Positions 28,024 to 31,529 of a stretch of DNA of 31,529 bases are shown piece after piece. The notes beneath the pieces were generated by a model that saw only the letters and a program-made list of their open reading frames with translations, had not been told where the DNA came from and did not search any database. The position numbers and the translations under genes were made by a program. Every line of letters starts with the position of its first letter. The first letter of the stretch is position 1. Source of the DNA: a virus. Its lineage: Duplodnaviria > Caudoviricetes. The DNA lies in IMG/VR virus record IMGVR_UViG_3300012940_000075, positions 1 to 31,529 of that record. One strand, given 5' to 3'.

Positions 28024-28134
28024 AAAAAAAGGTAGGATGCCGGAACTCTGACATCCTACCTTGAAGGTATTCTATATTTTTTTTACCAATGGCTACATTG
28101 GACATGATCCATCTGCATAATATATCTAGATCAT
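28024..28134 (-). ncRNA. Candidate small RNA (~110 nt)
   Basis: CTAAATA at 28140-28146; hairpins ATGATCTA/TGGATCAT and CCAATG/CATTGG; terminator AAGGTAGGATG/CATCCTACCTT + T-run. Confidence 0.55.
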
Positions 28135-28155
28135 ATTCCTATTTAGTCCATCAGT

Positions 28156-28512
28156 TTAAAAACATGTAGACATCCTTCTCATGTGTGCAACAAACATGCT
28201 GATATGCTCATTGACGGAAGCATAGTCTTCTTCTGCATGGGCTAAGGATGTCTGTATGTGCATTATGCCTGCCTTAAAGCATATAGCGTATTCGAAGCGC
28301 TGGATGATGACAGGGATGGGTTGGGTATGCTCACCAGCCTTAGCCTGCTCTACGACCCTCAGAATGTGATCTCTGACATCATTGTCGTTATGATGGCGAG
28401 CTATGTTCTGTAGAGCGCCAAGCATAGTAGGAGTTTGAAGGTTTGGCTCATTGTGCAGGCTGAACGTCACCTGCAATGGGGTGGTGATCGATTTGGGGAA
28501 TATAATAGCCAT
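28156..28512 (-). CDS. Hypothetical protein
   Basis: Start MAIIF with AAAGGAG RBS. Confidence 0.7.
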   Translation of the reverse strand: MAIIFPKSITTPLQVTFSLHNEPNLQTPTMLGALQNIARHHNDNDVRDHILRVVEQAKAGEHTQPIPVIIQRFEYAICFKAGIMHIQTSLAHAEEDYASVNEHISMFVAHMRRMSTCF

Positions 28513-28587
28513 AGTAGCTCCTTTGGTCATGATCGTAGGAGCCTATTGCCGTCGTTCTGTCTGTCGATCTGTCGTTATGGGGGTATT

Positions 28588-28980
28588 ATGAAGCTACGTC
28601 AGAAGGTCGTTATATGGTTGATCGATGAAGGGAAGATGCTGGACAAAGCCGCTATCTGGCTAACCAACAATACTAAAGCCGTCTTTGAGATAGTTGCAGC
28701 ATGTGGTGCCATTGCCGTTATCCATCTCGCCTATGAAGTTACCGAACCTAAAAACATAGTGTTCGAATGGCTAGCCTTCATCCTCTATATGCTTCTAATA
28801 CTGCAAATCCTATATCAATGGCTTTCCAACTACATCATACCATTGTTTAAAACTAGGAATGTTGCCTATAAGGTATTTGGCGCTGCAATGTTCGTTCTAT
28901 CGATAACCATAGTTCCATGGGGTCTTGCATACCTGATAAGCAGCCTAGTTTTGGCCTTCATCAATGTTCAGCAGCTATAG
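28588..28980 (+). CDS. Multi-pass membrane protein (130 aa)
   Basis: Three to four hydrophobic helices; GGGGGT RBS before ATG 28588. Confidence 0.7.
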   Translation: MKLRQKVVIWLIDEGKMLDKAAIWLTNNTKAVFEIVAACGAIAVIHLAYEVTEPKNIVFEWLAFILYMLLILQILYQWLSNYIIPLFKTRNVAYKVFGAAMFVLSITIVPWGLAYLISSLVLAFINVQQL

Positions 28981-29552
28981 ATTCTGTTACCGACGCTCGG
29001 CAACTTCAAAGAAATTAACTATATTGGTTTACCCTTAGATTCTGTTACCAACTATCGGGCTCATCATATGGTATCAGACTTCCGTATTATAAACATAACA
29101 TGGTCGTTCTTATCGTCGATTGGAAAAAGACAGAAATATGAACTTTTTTCATATAAAGACAGATAAACCCGCACATACCTAACTGCATGGCGGCTCGTAT
29201 AGTCTAACACTAGTCTTTCCTATCGTTTTTTGTATTGGCCAAGATGAAGGTTATGCCAATGCGCACTTTTTGGGCTGCGTCTCCCTGCTACTACACGGAA
29301 CATTTAAGGTAAGCTCCAACCTTACAGTAGATTCTTGTTCTAACATTATGGCGATCCCGTAGGGCCTGTTTAGCGAGTGTCTACTATTCTTATTTATACA
29401 TTCGGCTCAGAAACCCGCGCAATCGTGCTATATTTGGGTTCACTATCGGGCTGGTCTAAGGTGGTCGCTCCCCTACATTATAATGATACTTTCTTCCTTT
29501 TCTATGTCGATACTTTTCTGACAGAATAGCGCAGATATATATGGTTTCTGTC

Positions 29553-29647
29553 AAAAAAAAGAATACCGCCAACATTGCATTGACGGTACTCCTGTAAACA
29601 GCCATGTAAAGAATGCTTTTAGGCAGGTGTGATATTAATTGGCTGTC
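29553..29647 (-). ncRNA. Candidate small RNA (~95 nt)
   Basis: CTAAATA at 29653-29659; 5' stem ACAGCCA/TGGCTGT; terminator GAGTACCGTCAA/TTGGCGGTATTC + T8. Confidence 0.55.
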
Positions 29648-30498
29648 AATCGTATTTAGCAAGAAACTTTAGATCGACATATATTTTCGTTGGTGTCTGC
29701 GGAATTTTGTATGTTTATCGGGCAGGTCACATTCCCCTAGACCCCTACATTCTAACTATACAGAAACTATGTCAATATGTCGATACCATTACACACAAAA
29801 TATACTATATATTTTGGTATTTTTTATGCCTAAACCATTGATATCATTGATGCGTAGGTTTGGCTAGAATGCTGCTATATCTTGTTGTTCTGGTTTTTCC
29901 ATATTGTGGCATTCTTACAACAGAATGAAGAATCCTTTTTACCAGAATGTCAAAGGTTTCTGCGATATTTTTTAGGTTGGACGGGCATTTTCTTGTTGAC
30001 ATGGCCTGAGCTTGCAGGTCTTTCCATCATATGATGTTAATGGTGTCATAATGTCATCAAGATAGCATCATTATCATCATAGCATCATCATTGATATCAT
30101 TATGCTTCCATCAACCTATCTCCACCCGTTATCACAATGCTCAACTTTCATTGTGTCCTTAGGGTTTTCATCATATCGCCAATATATCGTTCATTGGCCA
30201 TATATCATTCTTTCTTGTTGTTTCTTGCGATATCGGTTTGAACGATAGTTTATATATCAGTCTCTTTCTTCTATTCGATAGTTTCTTCTATATCTGCTTT
30301 CGTTCATATAGATATCTTATTCGTTCTATATTGTTTCTGTACATTATCGTTTTTATATCGTTCTTATCGTATGTCTTGTTATAGATATATAGAATATTGT
30401 TCTTTGCTGTATTGTTTGGCGAATAAATATTTCGTAGCTCGTTATCGAGTTTCTGTGTTTCTTTGTTTTTCAGTTCTTATTGGAGGGTTTTGTGGCGG

Positions 30499-30897
30499 AT
30501 GTCAGAAGAAGAAGTATATATGAAGACTGTTCGTTCCGAGTGGGAAGCTCGTTCATTGTCGGAGATTGTAGAGCCGCCGTTAAATGGTTGGCGGGTTAAT
30601 ATTCGGACAGGTGAGCGTCGTCGTATTCGATTTCGGAGACCGTCAGAACCTAAAAAGCAAGCAGTACCAGCGCCAGATGTTTGTTCAAAGCGTAGGAAGC
30701 GTATGAAGAAGGAACGAAAGAGGGAGGAAGCATCATCCTTGCCGAGTGGTGGTGATCGTCGCAAAAAGCTGTCTGCTGATGATGTTCGTTATATTCGTTC
30801 ATCAGGCAAACGTGTTTCAGATTTGGCGGTGGAATTAGGGGTGTCTCGTCCTACGATCTACCATGTTCTGAACCGTAGGATATACCGCAATATATAA
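30499..30897 (+). CDS. Basic HTH DNA-binding protein
   Basis: C-terminal KLSADDVRYIR...VSDLAVELGVSRPTIYHVL helix-turn-helix; start uncertain. Confidence 0.75.
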   Translation: MSEEEVYMKTVRSEWEARSLSEIVEPPLNGWRVNIRTGERRRIRFRRPSEPKKQAVPAPDVCSKRRKRMKKERKREEASSLPSGGDRRKKLSADDVRYIRSSGKRVSDLAVELGVSRPTIYHVLNRRIYRNI

Positions 30898-30900
30898 TGG

Positions 30901-30986
30901 TGGTACGAGCGGCGGGACTCGAACCCGCACGGCTTTTCGCCTTCAGATTTTAAGTCTGATGTGTCTACCAGTTCCACCACGCTCGC
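30901..30986 (-). tRNA. Element-encoded intact tRNA-Leu(UAA)
   Basis: GCGAGCG acceptor stem, D arm, TCAGA-CT-TAA-AA-TCTGA, variable arm GGC-GAAAA-GCC, GCGGGTTCGAGTCCCGC, ACCA end. Confidence 0.97.
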
Positions 30987-30987
30987 A

Positions 30988-31275
30988 TTAGTCGTCATCT
31001 AACGTTTTAAAGAAGCTGTCGCCAGCCTTGCGCACTCGTTCGCGTCTTTCTCGTTCTGTTTTTTGATCCACAGTTTCAAGCGGAGTGACATTCGGTAGGT
31101 TAGAAATACCGTGTGCTGCTGTATGTGCCTTTGTGGTGTTATCTTTTTTAAACCAAGCTTCTTGGAAATCGTCCCAAGTAACATCGTTTCGCAGGAGTAC
31201 TTTCAGGTCATTGAACCTGTCTCGTGCAATACGAAGTTGCCTTTGTGGCACATTATATATGTTGCTGTAGCCCAT
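30988..31275 (-). CDS. Hypothetical protein (95 aa) between the att site and the replacement tRNA
   Basis: Likely start MGYSN with a GGGGAA RBS-like sequence; stop codon 1 nt before the tRNA 5' end. Confidence 0.65.
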   Translation of the reverse strand: MGYSNIYNVPQRQLRIARDRFNDLKVLLRNDVTWDDFQEAWFKKDNTTKAHTAAHGISNLPNVTPLETVDQKTERERRERVRKAGDSFFKTLDDD

Positions 31276-31406
31276 CGTTCCCCAGCCTAGCACATGTCAA
31301 ATGTTGTCGCGCAGTGCTGTCTCTCAAAGACCAATAGTATTTTGTGCTTTGCTTGAGCGGAGGCTTGGCCGTCAATGGGTTAGCTTCTGCCATTGACACC
31401 GCAAAA

Positions 31407-31416
31407 GATTTTAAGT
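31407..31416. repeat. att core, right junction (GATTTTAAGT)
   Basis: Identical to 114-123. Confidence 0.92.
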
Positions 31417-31447
31417 CCCTTGCGTCTACCAATTCCGCCAAGCGGGC
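31407..31447 (-). pseudogene. 5' half of the disrupted host tRNA-Leu(UAA)
   Basis: GCCCGCTTGGCGGAATTGGTAGACGCAAGGGACTTAAAATC followed by non-tRNA phage sequence. Confidence 0.95.
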
Positions 31448-31529
31448 ACGCAGACAGGTTTAGCCTAACGGCCTGATTCGCACCACCCATTTGATCCTGG
31501 GGCGTCGTCGAAAACACCCTTCGGCCTTA

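Larger units (their letters stand above)
114..31416. mobile_element. Complete prophage / integrative phage-like element with podovirus-type morphogenesis genes
   Basis: Bounded by the direct repeat GATTTTAAGT, which splits a tRNA gene; integrase at one end; terminase-portal-scaffold-capsid-tail gene order; AT-rich versus GC-rich flanks. Confidence 0.95.

Noticed and set aside
29456-29841. 68-aa and 70-aa ORFs
   Set aside because: The minus-strand one runs through a promoter box and a strong terminator; neither has an RBS
124-31406. Group I intron in tRNA-Leu(UAA), as in cyanobacteria
   Set aside because: The insert is a 31-kb phage with a duplicated core and an integrase; no intron core seen at the junctions
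31253-31441. 62-aa ORF MAELVDARDLKS...
   Set aside because: Translation of the tRNA 5' half across the junction

Overview
The window is almost entirely one complete ~31.3-kb prophage (114-31416), AT-rich relative to its GC-rich flanks, in a probably alphaproteobacterial host (inferred from a GAAC-N7-GAAC LexA-type box). It is inserted into the anticodon loop of a host tRNA-Leu(UAA) with only a 10-bp core duplication (GATTTTAAGT). The host tRNA is left split, and the element carries its own complete, different tRNA-Leu(UAA). It encodes a tyrosine integrase, a podovirus-type virion module (terminase, portal, scaffold, DUF5309/SU10-like capsid, adaptor, nozzle, ejection proteins, fibre), a second separate fibre cassette and an SF3 helicase. 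I see no CI-type repressor, DNA polymerase, primase or endolysin. The most striking feature is that about 18 T4-late-like (A/C/T)TAAATA boxes sit at gene or RNA starts, with a conserved pyrimidine|purine step 5 nt downstream. They precede packaging, virion and replication genes and several terminator-bounded small RNAs. One of the genes they precede looks like a divergent gp55-type sigma factor. Working hypothesis (inference): either a self-contained gp55-like transcription programme in a small temperate podovirus, or a 'provirophage-like' element switched on by the late transcription machinery of a superinfecting T4-like/jumbo phage. All family assignments were made by eye, without database searches.
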